Source: Psammoneis japonica
Lineage: Eukaryota
DNA: 64,000 nt
Direction: 5' to 3'
NCBI GenBank assembly: GCA_008632985.1
Contig: QPGO01000146.1
Location: forward strand, 1-64,000
How positions within the stretch are numbered: the stretch's first letter is position 1; each line of letters starts with the position of its first letter. Shown here piece by piece: positions 11,200 through 22,799 of the stretch. The translations under genes were made by a program, and so were the position numbers. The notes below the pieces were generated by a model. The model saw only the letters and a list, made by a program, of their open reading frames with translations, was not told where the DNA came from and did no database searches.

Positions 11200-14100
11200 C
11201 CCTTCTCGGTGTGCTTTTTTTAGCAACCAGGCCACGCCCAGAGACGTCCAGGGGCGTTTTGTAAACGTCTTTGTATGCCAAGAGCTCTTCTCCATGAGAC
11301 TCCCAAGCACATTCAATGCTGAATTGCTTCTCAGTGGTTCTTGGCCAAGGCACTCCGAGGACCACTGGAAGTTGGCGGGATGCTGCAGACACCATTGAAT
11401 CCCACCGTACGACCATCATGGGCAATCTGTCCGTCTGCATGCAACGGTCCTCAAAACACCCCTGTCCATTTTCTGGACATGATCAGTGGTGCCAAAATAA
11501 AAATGCCCTGAGCTCACACCAACAGAACTCCACCCTTCCAGCTCTTCACAGAACTCCAACACAACAACAAAAGTGGTGGAGATGACACATTCTCCGGTCC
11601 ATCATGTCTGGCAACAGAGAGGGTGATGACAGCAAGGACAACAACATCACTGCCTGATGCAGATTTCACGAAGGTGTCAAGCCAAAATGACATGGGGCAC
11701 GGGCTGTCAGACGGCCCACATTGCATCTGCAAGAGAGCAGGGTTCAGTTTGCCAGCAAACTTTGTTGATGGAGCAGCAGAATCAAGCTGCACTGGGTTTG
11801 TGGGTGGATCACCTGGGTTGGCTCACCTGGGGCTGGCAAATCAGCTGATCTTGTGAGAACTTTGGCAACCAAAGCACAACAACAAGAAGATTGTTTGGCT
11901 TCAATTTGATCAGAACGGAGTGGCCGTGCATCAAGCCTTCAAAGAAAGTGGGTGTGAGGGATTTTCAAGTGGCAACGCCCCGCCCCAGGCACTGCAAATG
12001 ACACTGCAGATGTGTGCTCCTTCATGCAATGTGTTGACGCAGACATTTTGGTCATCAATGGAGCAAAAGGTGACAACTTTGCACCTTTTAAATTGGAGCT
12101 CCTCAAGTTCTGGGGCAGCGGCAACAACCAGAAGTGCAAGTGTGCTTTTCTTGCAATGTTGGGCATGATCAAACATTTGCATCAACACAAGATTGATGTG
12201 TTGGAAGAGCAGCACAAGCATGCAATCTGGGAGTTGTGCAGAGACACTTTGCCATTTGCTCCTGGACTCCGGACAAATGCTTTGAAGCCTTTGTTGTGAG
12301 TGGACAGAGATTGCCTCTCTTCATTGAGATCAGTGACATTTTTGCAGTTGACTGGGACATTGAAGTGGAAGATGACATGGAAAGCAAAGGTGAGAGAAAA
12401 GAAGTTGGGATGGTCAAAACTGGAAGTCATCAGTCAAAGGGGCAGTCACACAGAAGTTTGTCTGTGTTGGAGGGTCTGCACGGTGGATGCTTCAGAAGTC
12501 AACTGCACAGATTGACAATGTAATCTCAGACTGGCTTGACACATGTGACAAAACAATGAAAATTTTGTCCTTTGCTCTTGGTCCAAAATCCCCACTTGCA
12601 AAGATGCTCCTGTTTTCATCATTCAAGAATGCAACAATCTGTCAGCAGACAGAGTGTGCTGCAGTTGGTGAATGGGCTGCACAGCTTGTTGTCAACCAGT
12701 GCAGCAAAATGGAGTCAAAGCATTGCACAAACATGCTGCACTCACTTCAGAACCCCTCATTCCTTGGCTGGGTGAACAAAGCTGCCCTGTTTGAGAGAGC
12801 CAAAAACAGTCATCTGGTTTTGAAAAAAAGAGAAGTGGACCAACTTGTTCCAGTTAAATGCCAGCAAGGAGCCCCCCTTGAATTTGACTGTGGGTGCCTC
12901 CTTCAGTTGTGCCTCAAGAATGACAACAAGCTCCTCATTGATGAAGTTAAGAAGCTTGTTCCATGGAAAGGGCAAGTGCAAATGTGCAAGCCCGAGAGAC
13001 CCAAAACCAAGGTGGGTTTGATGTTGTTTTCATTGAAGTGGACCAGGGTGACACCGAAGCTGCACTGATGTGTGCTTCAGCCAAGTTGCCAAGTTGGCAT
13101 CCCAAAGCCTCCAACCAAAGTGCTTTGCTGAATTTCTCCAATTTTTTGCATGCACAACCCCACAAAGTTGTTTCAGCCAAAATCACTTTCATTGTGCTTT
13201 GAGCAAAATTGATGATTTCTGCATGATGTGCAGTGATGTGAAGGACTCTGGCCACTTGGGTTTGCACACTTGCTGTGGGGCTGCACCCGACATGTTCCAG
13301 CTGCACGTGAACCAAAATTTTTGCATGGTCCCTGACTCATGATTGAGCTTTCACCACCAAAAGCATGGATTTGTCCAAGTGCCAATGTTTTGCAACACTG
13401 TCAGAACTGGCAAAGGACAAATTGGTGGTCCCATTCTGGCATGCTGACATGTTTGAAGTTGTGGTTGACATTGTCAATTGAGCTGCAATGCAGGGCAAGG
13501 AACCAGGATCAACACTCGGAAAAGGAACGGGGGCACATTTCTGTGAGTCAGGTGACTTTGGACACACAGCAGTTTGTCACAGCTTTGTTGCTGTCCTTGA
13601 TGAGGGGGGTGGTCAAGGCAAGCTCCACATTGCTGCTGTTGTGAAAGGCAAAGACTTGCATGATGCTGTCAATGTTTTGCAACACTGTCAGAGCTGGCAA
13701 AGGACCAATTGGTGGTTCCATTCTGGCATGCTGACATGTTTGAAGTTGTGGTTGACATTGTCAATTGAGCTGCAATGCAGGGCAAGGAACCAGGATCAAC
13801 ACTCGGAAAAGGAACGGGGGCACATTTCTGTGAGTCAGGTGACTTTGGACACACAGCAGTTTGTCACAGCTTTGTTGCTGTCCTTGGCAAGGGGGGGTGG
13901 TCAAGGCAAGCTCCACATTGCTGCTGTTGTGAAAGGCAAAGACTTGCATGATGCTGTGGAGAATGCGGTGGCAGGGCCACTGGAAAAAGCTTAGAAAAAG
14001 CTTGTGGCATCACTTGTGGCAGAGCTGCGAGTGACTGAAGGCAACACTGAACACCAAGCTGTCATGTTTGCACCAAAAGAAAGCAAGGTTAGCTTTGTTC

Positions 14101-15050
14101 ACAAGGCCACCAAGTGCTGACTTGTGCACTTGTCAGACAATGAAACCAAGAACAACACAGTCACACTCACAAAATGGACAAGCCACGAGCCCAACAGATC
14201 TCCCACACAATGCAAACTGTCAATGCCAGTTGCCACTTCTGGCTCAACTGTGCCTTTGGTTCTTGAGAGCTGTGACATCAAACTGCACAAGGTGTTCATG
14301 CCAGGCACTGGCAATCTGTGCTGCACCAGTGTGATGCTTGGAAAAGAGGGCATGCCCCCCCCGTGCTGGTGCCCACATTGTCAACTGTCAAAGGCTCAGT
14401 GGTCCAAGAAACTTCCAAGCAAAGCTGATGTCGTCATGTGGACACAAGAGAAGCTGAAAGATGCTTTAAAAAGCTTTGATGCAAAGAAGAAGAAGAGCAG
14501 CAATGCAAGAGGTCATTTGGGAGCAAAGGCAATGGCTTGTTGGTCCCTTGAGCCAAGGGATGTCACATTCTGCCAGCATTGCACATTCCATCGGGACTTG
14601 CCAAAGACCTGCGGGACAACCTGGAGGAGCATGCAAGAGGCACAGCTGCATGTGGCAAGGAAGAATGGGACATTCTCCAGGAGGTGGCTGTTGACAATGA
14701 GATGCTGGCTGACACCAAAGGCAAATGGAAATCAATTGAAGTGGTCATGAAACAAACAAAAGCTGAGCGGGCCAAGTCAGCTCATGTTGCATTCGAACAA
14801 CAGCAAGGTGAGCCTGAGGTGAGTGAGGCAATGGAGCAGTTTGAAGAGCTTTCAGATCTGCTGCAAGACTTGCAACAGCAGGATTCGTCAGTGAAAGAGT
14901 TGAAAGATGCGACAACAATGCAATTGAGACACCTGCAAAAACACATCTGCATGATTGTTTTTTTTATGAAAATTGTCCATGCATGGGAGACGCACAACTT
15001 GTGTTCAAAATGGATTGTCGTTTTGTGTGTCACCTGGGGCTAGAACACAT
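11200..15050 (+). mobile_element. Degenerate large DNA transposon relic with a Transib/Chapaev-like transposase core (~13450-14950)
   Basis: GTGNL..VMLGKEGM...WCPHCQL followed by HILPALHIPSGLAKD resembles the GDL..LLG..CxxC / LPxLHIxLGL core of CMC/Transib-related transposases; many frameshifts; termini not found. Confidence 0.4.
13383..13957. repeat. 287/288-bp near-perfect tandem duplication
   Basis: 13383-13669 and 13670-13957 differ at only a few positions. Confidence 0.9.
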
Positions 15051-18000
15051 TGCCCACAGAAGATGTTGCTGCCAAGCAAAAGAACCATTGGACCAAGTTC
15101 AAGGAGCATGAGCAGATCAACATCTGTCAATTGGACATGAAAGCATGGGTTGTCCCACACTGATCCAGCTCAAGCACGGTGTCTCTTTCTTCTTCTTCTG
15201 GCAGATGTTGTGGGTGCAAGCAGTCTGTCAACACAAGCACCAGCAACTGGCAAATTGTGAGCTGTTTAAAATTGTGTGGCTGCCATGCAGCAATGCATCC
15301 TGTGGCTCTTCTTTGTTGCCAGCTTGTTTTTAACCTCATTTTTCTCTTTCCCGTGGATGTCCTTCAACGCAGCATTGTTTGTGTCTTTGTTCAACACACC
15401 CCTGTTGTGATCCATGTGGCACTTGCCAGAGACAGACCAGTGCCCATGATGGCCTCTCAAAGTCTGCAGCACTCCCTGCAGTGGAGTCAAAAATGACAAA
15501 ATTCATCCAGTCTTTCACCAAATTGGGTTCACAACACAATGTTGCAGCCAGTCATCACCACCACCCGGCAAGCAGAGAGATTGTCAAAGGAGCAGCATCA
15601 CAACATGTTGCACACAGTTTGGCTTTCATTCCATCTGCTCAAGCAAGTGAGCATGTGCTGACTTTTGTCAGCTTCTGCATGACCTCATTTCTGTTTCTGT
15701 TGTTTTGCTCTCTCCTTTCAACCCCCATTTCCTCTGGTGTGTCACGCAACAGAGATGCACACAGAATTTTGAGCTCTTGTTGAATTTGGGCTTGGCCATG
15801 ATGGGAGCCACAGCTTTGAAGCAGCAGCCATTGTTCTTCAAAAGTGAGTGTTGTGGGTGGAGAGTGGGGCCAGCTTCAATGTCAAGCTTGAGCTCCTCCC
15901 ACTCCATTTCTCAGATCAAGCTCTGCTTTGGTCTCATTGAGGGCACAAAAGCTTGTAAGTGCAAGTGGAGTGAAACGCTTGTGCTCTTCTTCAACTTCAA
16001 TTGAAGCATGTGAAAGCCTGGATCTTGAAACTGCTGCAGTGGGAGTGCAAAATTCAAGCCATGGGTGTCACTTTGAGGGGCCGCACACACCAAGTCTTTT
16101 TCTTGGAAATTGTCAAGAGAACAAAGTCATCACGAAGCAAAAGATGTTGGAACATTGAGGTGCAAGGCAGCTCTTGCAGGACAAACAGACAGTGTTGCAG
16201 TGTGTGATGTGCTGACAATTGCTGGCAGTGTGGCAAATTCACACTCAAAGCTCATGTTGATTTGTGGGTCTTGTGCTCACTTTTCAGCTGCTTCTGCACC
16301 TGGTTGACACAGTGATGGCAGCAACAGCAATGGAGTGTGCTTGCAATCCACATGCAGCAAGTTGTTCAGGGGTTGGTGAGACCAAGCATGTGCCGCCAGT
16401 TGGCAAGCATTGAAATCCCAACACAGAAGCTAAAAGGGCTGGCTGGAATTTCACCAAGAATCCAAAGATGCAACTTCTGTCAGCGTTGATTGCAACAAAC
16501 AAGCAGGCTGAACAAAGGCAAGTGAACAGTCTTTGGAGGACCTTGCTGTGAGAAAATTGTTGATGATCTGCTGAGTCAGTTCATGAGCACTGTTGAGATG
16601 GTGAAAGGCACCTGTGGCAGACTTGCTCAGGAAGAAATTGCAAAAAAAAGGATGGGTTCAGCAAGGATGCTGATGGCACCTGGAAGAAAGAAGAGGACAA
16701 GCTGTCAGCTGTGCTGCCAACAGAAGGTGCCAAGGAATGCTGGCACATCTTGAAAGACCTGCACTGACAATGTTCACACTGGAGATTGACAGCCACCACA
16801 GTTCATCAGAGGAGGCGATGCAGGTGTTGGACACACGTGGGTCCAACAAAAAACTGAGGGCACAAGCTTTGTGCTTTTCAAAAAACAAGAAAAACAAGCA
16901 GATCAAATGCTGAAGATGTGACAAGGTTGGGCATGTGAAGAAGAGCCATCACACTTTGCTCATTGATGACAATGACCACTCTTCAGCAGAGGAGTCAGAT
17001 GATGACGTCAGTCATGAGGATTGACAGTGCAGCTGGTGCGGCATTGGAGATGGAGCAGTGGCTCCCAACTGTGTCACCCTCCTTTGGTTGGTGCACACAA
17101 AGCACCAATCAATTGTCAGCTTGTGTGCAAAGGAGTGTGTTGGCATGCTGGGGTGCAAGGCAGTTTTTGCAAAACAGACAGACAATGGTGCAGTGCATGG
17201 AAGGCTGACATTGTTGATGACGTGGCGAACTTGCACTGGCAACTCATGTTGAGTTGCAGGCTTTGTGCTCACTTTTTAGCTTCTGCACCTGGTCAACATG
17301 ACAACAGGGGCAACAGTGGCAGCATCAACAGGGGCGTGCTTGCAGCCCATGTCATGAGTTTTTGGGACGGCTGGACTGAGCAGGTGCCAGTTGGCAAGCC
17401 GTGAAATTGCAGCAACAGGCAGAGCTCAGAGCTGTCAGCAGGATCTGGTTTGCCTGAGCACTGGTGCTCTGGATGACCTGGCTGCAGATGTCATCCTTGT
17501 CACATCATGCTGTCCATTTGTTGTCCTCCAGGAGGTTTGTTGCCCTCCCACACTTCTTGGAACACAGAGCTCCATGCAAGTCCATGACTCTCTCTGTGCA
17601 GCAAGGCACTGGCAGAGGCAGCATGCTGTGTGCAAGACAGCAGCACACTTCAACCACTGCCGACAGGAAAATGGGCCACAACATGGTGCCATTGCTGTCA
17701 TGCACTTCACAAGTCACATGGTTTGTTGCTGTCTGTTCAATCCCCCCAGCCCCCACGCCGCTGCACAGGCCCATGTGGGGATTTCACTCTCGTTTCTGCT
17801 GATCTGATGTCATGTTGCCAGGACTCTGCTCTGCTGGCTCCACAAGTGTCTGGTCTCCCGGGATTTTTCCTCAATTGAGGATTGCAGGTTCTGCGTGGGT
17901 GCCCTGCCAGAGCCATCAAACGGTCCTTTAACTCCCACCAATTTGAGCACAAAAACTCCTCAGTCGCAAAATGCAACGTGTGTGGAATCTGTCTCAGCGT

Positions 18001-18300
18001 GTGCACATTTCAGCCATGTGAATGCCTGCCCTTGCAAAAATGGTTTTTGGTGCCTAAAAAAATCAAGCCGGCATCGCCGTTTGCTCTGTCAAATTCCACA
18101 CAATTTGCACCATCCTTGATTGAGGTTTTTTACCTCAATTGAGGTGCTTGGCAGACCAGACACTAGAGCTGTGCTGGTGCATGTTGCCAATCAGAAACGA
18201 GCTGTTTTAAGGAAATTTTGTCACCACATGTGGTGTTGGGCGTCTCGTGACTTGTTAAAACAGCACTCGTGAGTCAAAATGAGAGGTCCAGATTTTCGCG
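15050..18300. repeat. Nested degenerate repeats; possible gag zinc-knuckle relic near 16900-16950
   Basis: Extreme TpA and CpG depletion; KKNKQIKC*RCDKVGH resembles a CCHC knuckle; internal similarity between ~16240-16410 and ~17230-17400. Confidence 0.35.
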
Positions 18301-18739
18301 TAGGAAGCATCACTCCAACACTGCATGCACTTGATGTTGTCATCATTTACATCCACGAGGCTTGTGCCACAAGTGTGTTTCCATGCCATGTGATGTCTGA
18401 TGACAAGGAGAACTTTGCAAACGTCAATGGATGTGGCAAGTCATTTGCAAGCCTCAGATGATTGTCGCATCGAATTGCACTGCCGGCATCCGGCATGCCA
18501 TCATGCCATTGCATGCAGCAATGATTTCAACTGTGCTGTGTTCTGATGTTGTCCTTGTCTTGCTGCATTTCACTTCAGAGCCGAGCCATGGCATTGATGA
18601 AGAAGCAGAGTGTGAGCAGAAGATCCACAAAACAGTCGGCAAGTTTGATTGTCATTTGTTGTTGTTGCATGTTCATGATTTGCACATGTGTCTCACTGAT
18701 GTTCATTCTTTTGTCTGTCATTGGTGCGCAGCCACAGGC

Positions 18740-19252
18740 ATGGCAGCCTTTTGGGAATCAGCTTACAGTGGCACTCTGTCAACCATTTTGTCCATCCCCA
18801 ACAAAACAGACATGGTCACTGTTGTTGCCAATTTGCAAGAGGATGCCACGGCACTGGCCAACGCATCTGGCGGCACCCTCACAGATTCCTTGAGCAGCAG
18901 CACTGCTGTGCAGCCAGCTTCAGTCCCACCCCAGCCCATTTGCCGTTGTGCCTGCTGTGGTCAATCTCCATGTGTCATGCTGGGGATGCATGATCAACTT
19001 GTAGAAATTGGAGAAGAAGGCAAAGAGATGGATTTGAGCAACAAGCAGATCCGTTTTGGCTTGCACCAAGAAGCTGTCTTCCTGCTCCATGGACCTCTCG
19101 GGCATTGCAATCATGTGGAGCTTCCAGATTGCATCCACAGGGAGACACTTGATTTGTGTCCTCAGACCTGCGATGAACCGCACACCGGCTTCAAGAAAAG
19201 TGGAGATGGTGCTCAGTGTCTTTGTAAATTTAGTTGGCAGGTGGCAACTTGA
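18740..19252 (+). pseudogene. P2RX7-C-terminal-like (transposon-associated) Cys-rich domain, hypermutated
   Basis: CACCGQSPC...NKQIRFGLHQ..LLHGPLG..VELPDC...LCP...PHTGFK fits N..R...YR....YG.LG..R..LP.C....YP...YTGF once His/Cys are reverted to Tyr. Confidence 0.55.
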
Positions 19253-19553
19253 TTTGACAAGTTTCAGCCATTTTGTTCTCTTTGCACCCAACTTTGTTTC
19301 CAACTGTCAGTGTGGAAACAATGTGTGTAAAGCCACAACCGGTTGCACCAGAAATGGAAGCATCGTTTCATGCTCGGTGTCGCACTGCATCTGTTGGGTG
19401 ACACGTGCAGCTGTTGCTGGTCGTGCTGGCAACAAATGGAAGCGGTGGCACGAACTTGGTGTTGCGCAAACCTGTTGGGTGACAATTGCAGCAGCTGTTG
19501 CTGTGTGAGCCATTGTGCAACATGGTCACTGTGTTAATTAAAGAGGACTGAAT

Positions 19554-20054
19554 TCATGCACCGTCCTTTTGCATGTCTTTCAGTCGACACACAAAGGGGT
19601 GCATCCCAAAATGAATGATGAAGTTATGCTGAGCGTCTGCCAGAACAAAGAACTCTACCCCAAACTTTGCGGGCTTGTCTTTGTTGTATCGCCTGACAGG
19701 ACAAAACCATGACCAACAACGCACTCCACCTTCGTCAAAAGCTCTTGTGACAGGAGGGGGGATTCTTGGAGAAGACACCCTTCCAACTGGGCTGTCTTCA
19801 TTTGGGACACTGGCCGCATTCATTTCCTGGCGCGCCACATTCTTGGTGCCGACTTGAGTGCATTCATGCATTTTTATTGCTTTCTGCAACTCCTCTTTTG
19901 TTTTGTTGTCATTTGGAAACATGTGGCGCAAATGTTCCTTCTGTATACCTCCAGGAAGCTGTGACATATTATCCCACTTGACTTGAAAATGATTATTATT
20001 GGTCTTCCGTGGACACGCCACCACGGTGCCTTCCATTGTTGCCACGTCAAACAA
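19554..20054 (-). pseudogene. Internally deleted piggyBac transposase fragment
   Basis: AFDEGGVRCWSWFCPVRRYNKDKPAKFGVEFFVLADA matches the piggyBac DE..RQY.K.KP.K.G motif; only partly TpA-depleted. Confidence 0.75.
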
Positions 20055-20055
20055 C

Positions 20056-20356
20056 GTGCCGGACTCGCGTCCTTCTTCGCCGCCAAAGCGAGGGTGATTA
20101 TCACATGGACTACCACACGGATCACAAAAAAGAAAAGATGGTGGTGAACCTCAATGACGGCTACAGCGGCGCGGAGCTGATTTACGTCAACGGCCAATGC
20201 AAACACGTCGTACCCACGGCTGTCCCCGGATCGGCCATTCTTCATGATTCCAACATTGTCCATGGTGCCACTGCCCACCAAGGCGGGCCTCGTTACACAC
20301 TCTTTTTTGACCATCAATACGATCGAAGCCGCGACAATCTTCTTGAGGATCTTTGA
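20056..20356 (+). pseudogene. C-terminal fragment of a 2OG-Fe(II) dioxygenase (prolyl-hydroxylase-like)
   Basis: YHTD (HxD), VVNLNDGYSGAELIY, HDSNIVHG and GPRYTLF motifs; the N-terminus is replaced by the piggyBac fragment. Confidence 0.7.
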
Positions 20357-21586
20357 GCATGGAATAGCGCAGCTTCCAATGTTGTTCCTAGTCTTCTAAG
20401 CTTAACTTTAGGCTTACCGAGTCGTGCTTGAAGAGATCTACTCATCACTTTCAGCGTAGTTTCTTTTAGGGACGGAGAAGACTAAAAAGGACAAAGCCTA
20501 AACTAATACAGGTAACAATGGGGGAGACGAAAAGAGTGGTGAAAACGAAAAAAGGCCGTTGGGCCGCATGAGTCTGGATTCTCCAAGTAGCGAAACGAAG
20601 GGTAGCAATTAAGAGGAACCAAGGACCAAGTCAAAGGCTTCCGAGAGACGATTTGAAAGTCTGTGTTGGTGCCTGTTGCATTTTGATTGTTACTTGTTGT
20701 GTCTTCTTATTTAGCTCGATTGGCTTGCGTGTTTTCCTCCAGGACGCGGCTACAAAGGCTCAAATCAAGGCAAACAATGCATGTACAAGAAAAAGGGTCT
20801 TCATGAAAGCTTGTTGCGCGCCGAGAGTCCGTTGGGTACGATTGCAATTCAATACGCCGTGTACTTTTTTTCAATCATGACCCACGCATACTGTAAGTGG
20901 AGGTTCTCAAGACGCCACCCAAAAATCATAGCAACGACAATAACCCGGACGAGTTTGTTGCCCGCATATCGAGTTGGCAGGTGATTGACACCTAGTCTCT
21001 TTTTTGTCAGTTGTTAGTCGAGAGTCTTGATCTTTGCGGCAAGAGAGAGATAAAGACCTCGATGAGAAACTCTTGGGACCGTCGGGAGGATCCTACTATC
21101 TAAATGGGGTCTGTTGACGATATCAAGGAAGAGTGAAAAAAGGCTGGTCGAATCAAGGAGCTGAAATAGCTTCAACGAAGACACTCGCCAATATGCCAAA
21201 ATTGCCTGCGCCGCCAAAAGGATGTCAAAGTGGACGGATGGCGACGATCGGGCGCAGATTGAGCTTTCTGAGGTTGAGCGCGAGATTTAAAAAAGTGGAA
21301 CGACTCATCAAAGAGGACCAACTTCCCAAAGCAACGGATCATGTAGAAACGACGGGGCTAGACTAGCGGCCCTTCGAAAGCTTCTGACGATCCCGGGCGT
21401 CGTGAAACGAGGAGAATGAGAGAAGAGAGGCAAGCGAATCAGTCGAAACTCATGCCATGTTAAGAGACAGGCCACCATCGTAAAGGGGGGCTCAGGTTTC
21501 TGACGGCGAGCTTGATGATTGACAGTCTGTCACATTAAGACGATGGATGGTAAATAAAGCCCGAGCACTCAAAGGCTCTTTACGCC

Positions 21587-22639
21587 TTATAACTCCATGT
21601 TGTCCACCAAGGGTCCAGCATCGAGGAATAGAGCGGATGGATTATGATTTTGAAGTTTGGTGGAGAATCCATGCTTGAATACAACTGCTCCACTTTCACC
21701 AAACTCAGCTTCGTACTTTCCTATTTGCTTCTTCAACTGCTTGGTAAAGTGCTTATTTTCTCGCAAACCGGATCCATAGAAGCTTTTCACATCCACCCAA
21801 CGAACCAGTTGACCGTTGATGTAACAATCATCCAGCATCAGACAATCAGGTGTGACCTTCATTTCCGCATTTCGCAACATTTCTTCAGTGACGTAGTTTA
21901 TATCTTGTTCATTCAAATATGCATAGAGAGCCTCTTCCCAAAGAACTGGAGTCTCCGTGTTTTCCGAGTAACCCACAACGTCGTTTTCCTTCGCTGTTTG
22001 TAGCTCTGAAAGCTCAAAGTCTGTCAAGAACATCTCAATATGTTCGGGATTCTTTTCGCTAATAATCGACTTGACAATTCGCTTTCTATCACTGTGACGC
22101 AGATCTGGGTATGTGCCATACACCCGCTCTGAAACTATAGCGCGAAGTATACTGACCGGTGGCAAGTCTATCTCTTGAGATAGTGCGAGTAAGGAGCAAC
22201 CTTGATTCTGGAATTTTTGCGAAATGTATCCAAAGTTTTCGTTATCCTTCAGTTTCCAAGCATTTTTTACCACTTTGGAAACCATCAGCTGCTGCCGGAT
22301 CAGTAATCCTTGGTGTAGAGACATACCCAGGTATTGACACTCTTCTTCCACTTCCATCAACCGCTCGTTTTCCAGAGAACAGAACTCTCCCCTTTTGACC
22401 AATACCCCACTTTCTAGCAAACTAATCTCATTTCGCAAAGGGATAGGTTTGGATACTGAACCCCACTGTAATTCTCTTTTAATCCCCGTTTTCACAAAAC
22501 AACCACCTTCGTCTTCAGCTACGACATGTCTCGAAAAAAGTGAGGAAGAGCGACTCCTTCTACGTAGGTAAAGACTTTTGGAGTCAAAAGATACTCCCAA
22601 GCAGACCAGAAGGAATAGTTCAAGGATAAACGGTATCAT
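21587..22639 (-). CDS. CDIN1/C15orf41-like TPD-domain (PD-(D/E)xK) nuclease
   Basis: 350-aa intact ORF with TPDCLM...INGQLVRWVDVKSFYG...QIGKYEAEFGESGAVVFKHGF; normal Tyr and TpA content. Confidence 0.85.
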   Translation of the reverse strand: MIPFILELFLLVCLGVSFDSKSLYLRRRSRSSSLFSRHVVAEDEGGCFVKTGIKRELQWGSVSKPIPLRNEISLLESGVLVKRGEFCSLENERLMEVEEECQYLGMSLHQGLLIRQQLMVSKVVKNAWKLKDNENFGYISQKFQNQGCSLLALSQEIDLPPVSILRAIVSERVYGTYPDLRHSDRKRIVKSIISEKNPEHIEMFLTDFELSELQTAKENDVVGYSENTETPVLWEEALYAYLNEQDINYVTEEMLRNAEMKVTPDCLMLDDCYINGQLVRWVDVKSFYGSGLRENKHFTKQLKKQIGKYEAEFGESGAVVFKHGFSTKLQNHNPSALFLDAGPLVDNMEL

Positions 22640-22799
22640 CTATGGCTCACGGTTTTGCGCATGCGGCACTGGAATGCCATTGTCTTTTGCAACTTGTATT
22701 CATCTTTTCGGGTTGCGCAGATCGGAGACAGACGGACGGACGAGACTCACGTGCAGGCGATCGACGGATCGGACGCGGCGCGAGCGTGAGAGCGAGATG

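Noticed and set aside
11200..19530. Dozens of 60-270-aa Cys/His-rich ORFs read as novel metal-binding proteins
   Set aside because: They follow from stop-codon depletion and TG/CA enrichment, overlap in all frames and lack coherent domains. The same applies at 23-26 kb and 47-52 kb.
20400..21560. Possible gene or TE relic in unmutated sequence
   Set aside because: Only short ORFs with no recognisable motif or termini.
20056..22639. The 2OG-Fe(II) dioxygenase fragment or the CDIN1-like nuclease as the mutator enzyme
   Set aside because: Proximity is the only link. The dioxygenase is truncated and prolyl-hydroxylase-like, CDIN1 homologues are widespread, and no deaminase motif was seen in the window.
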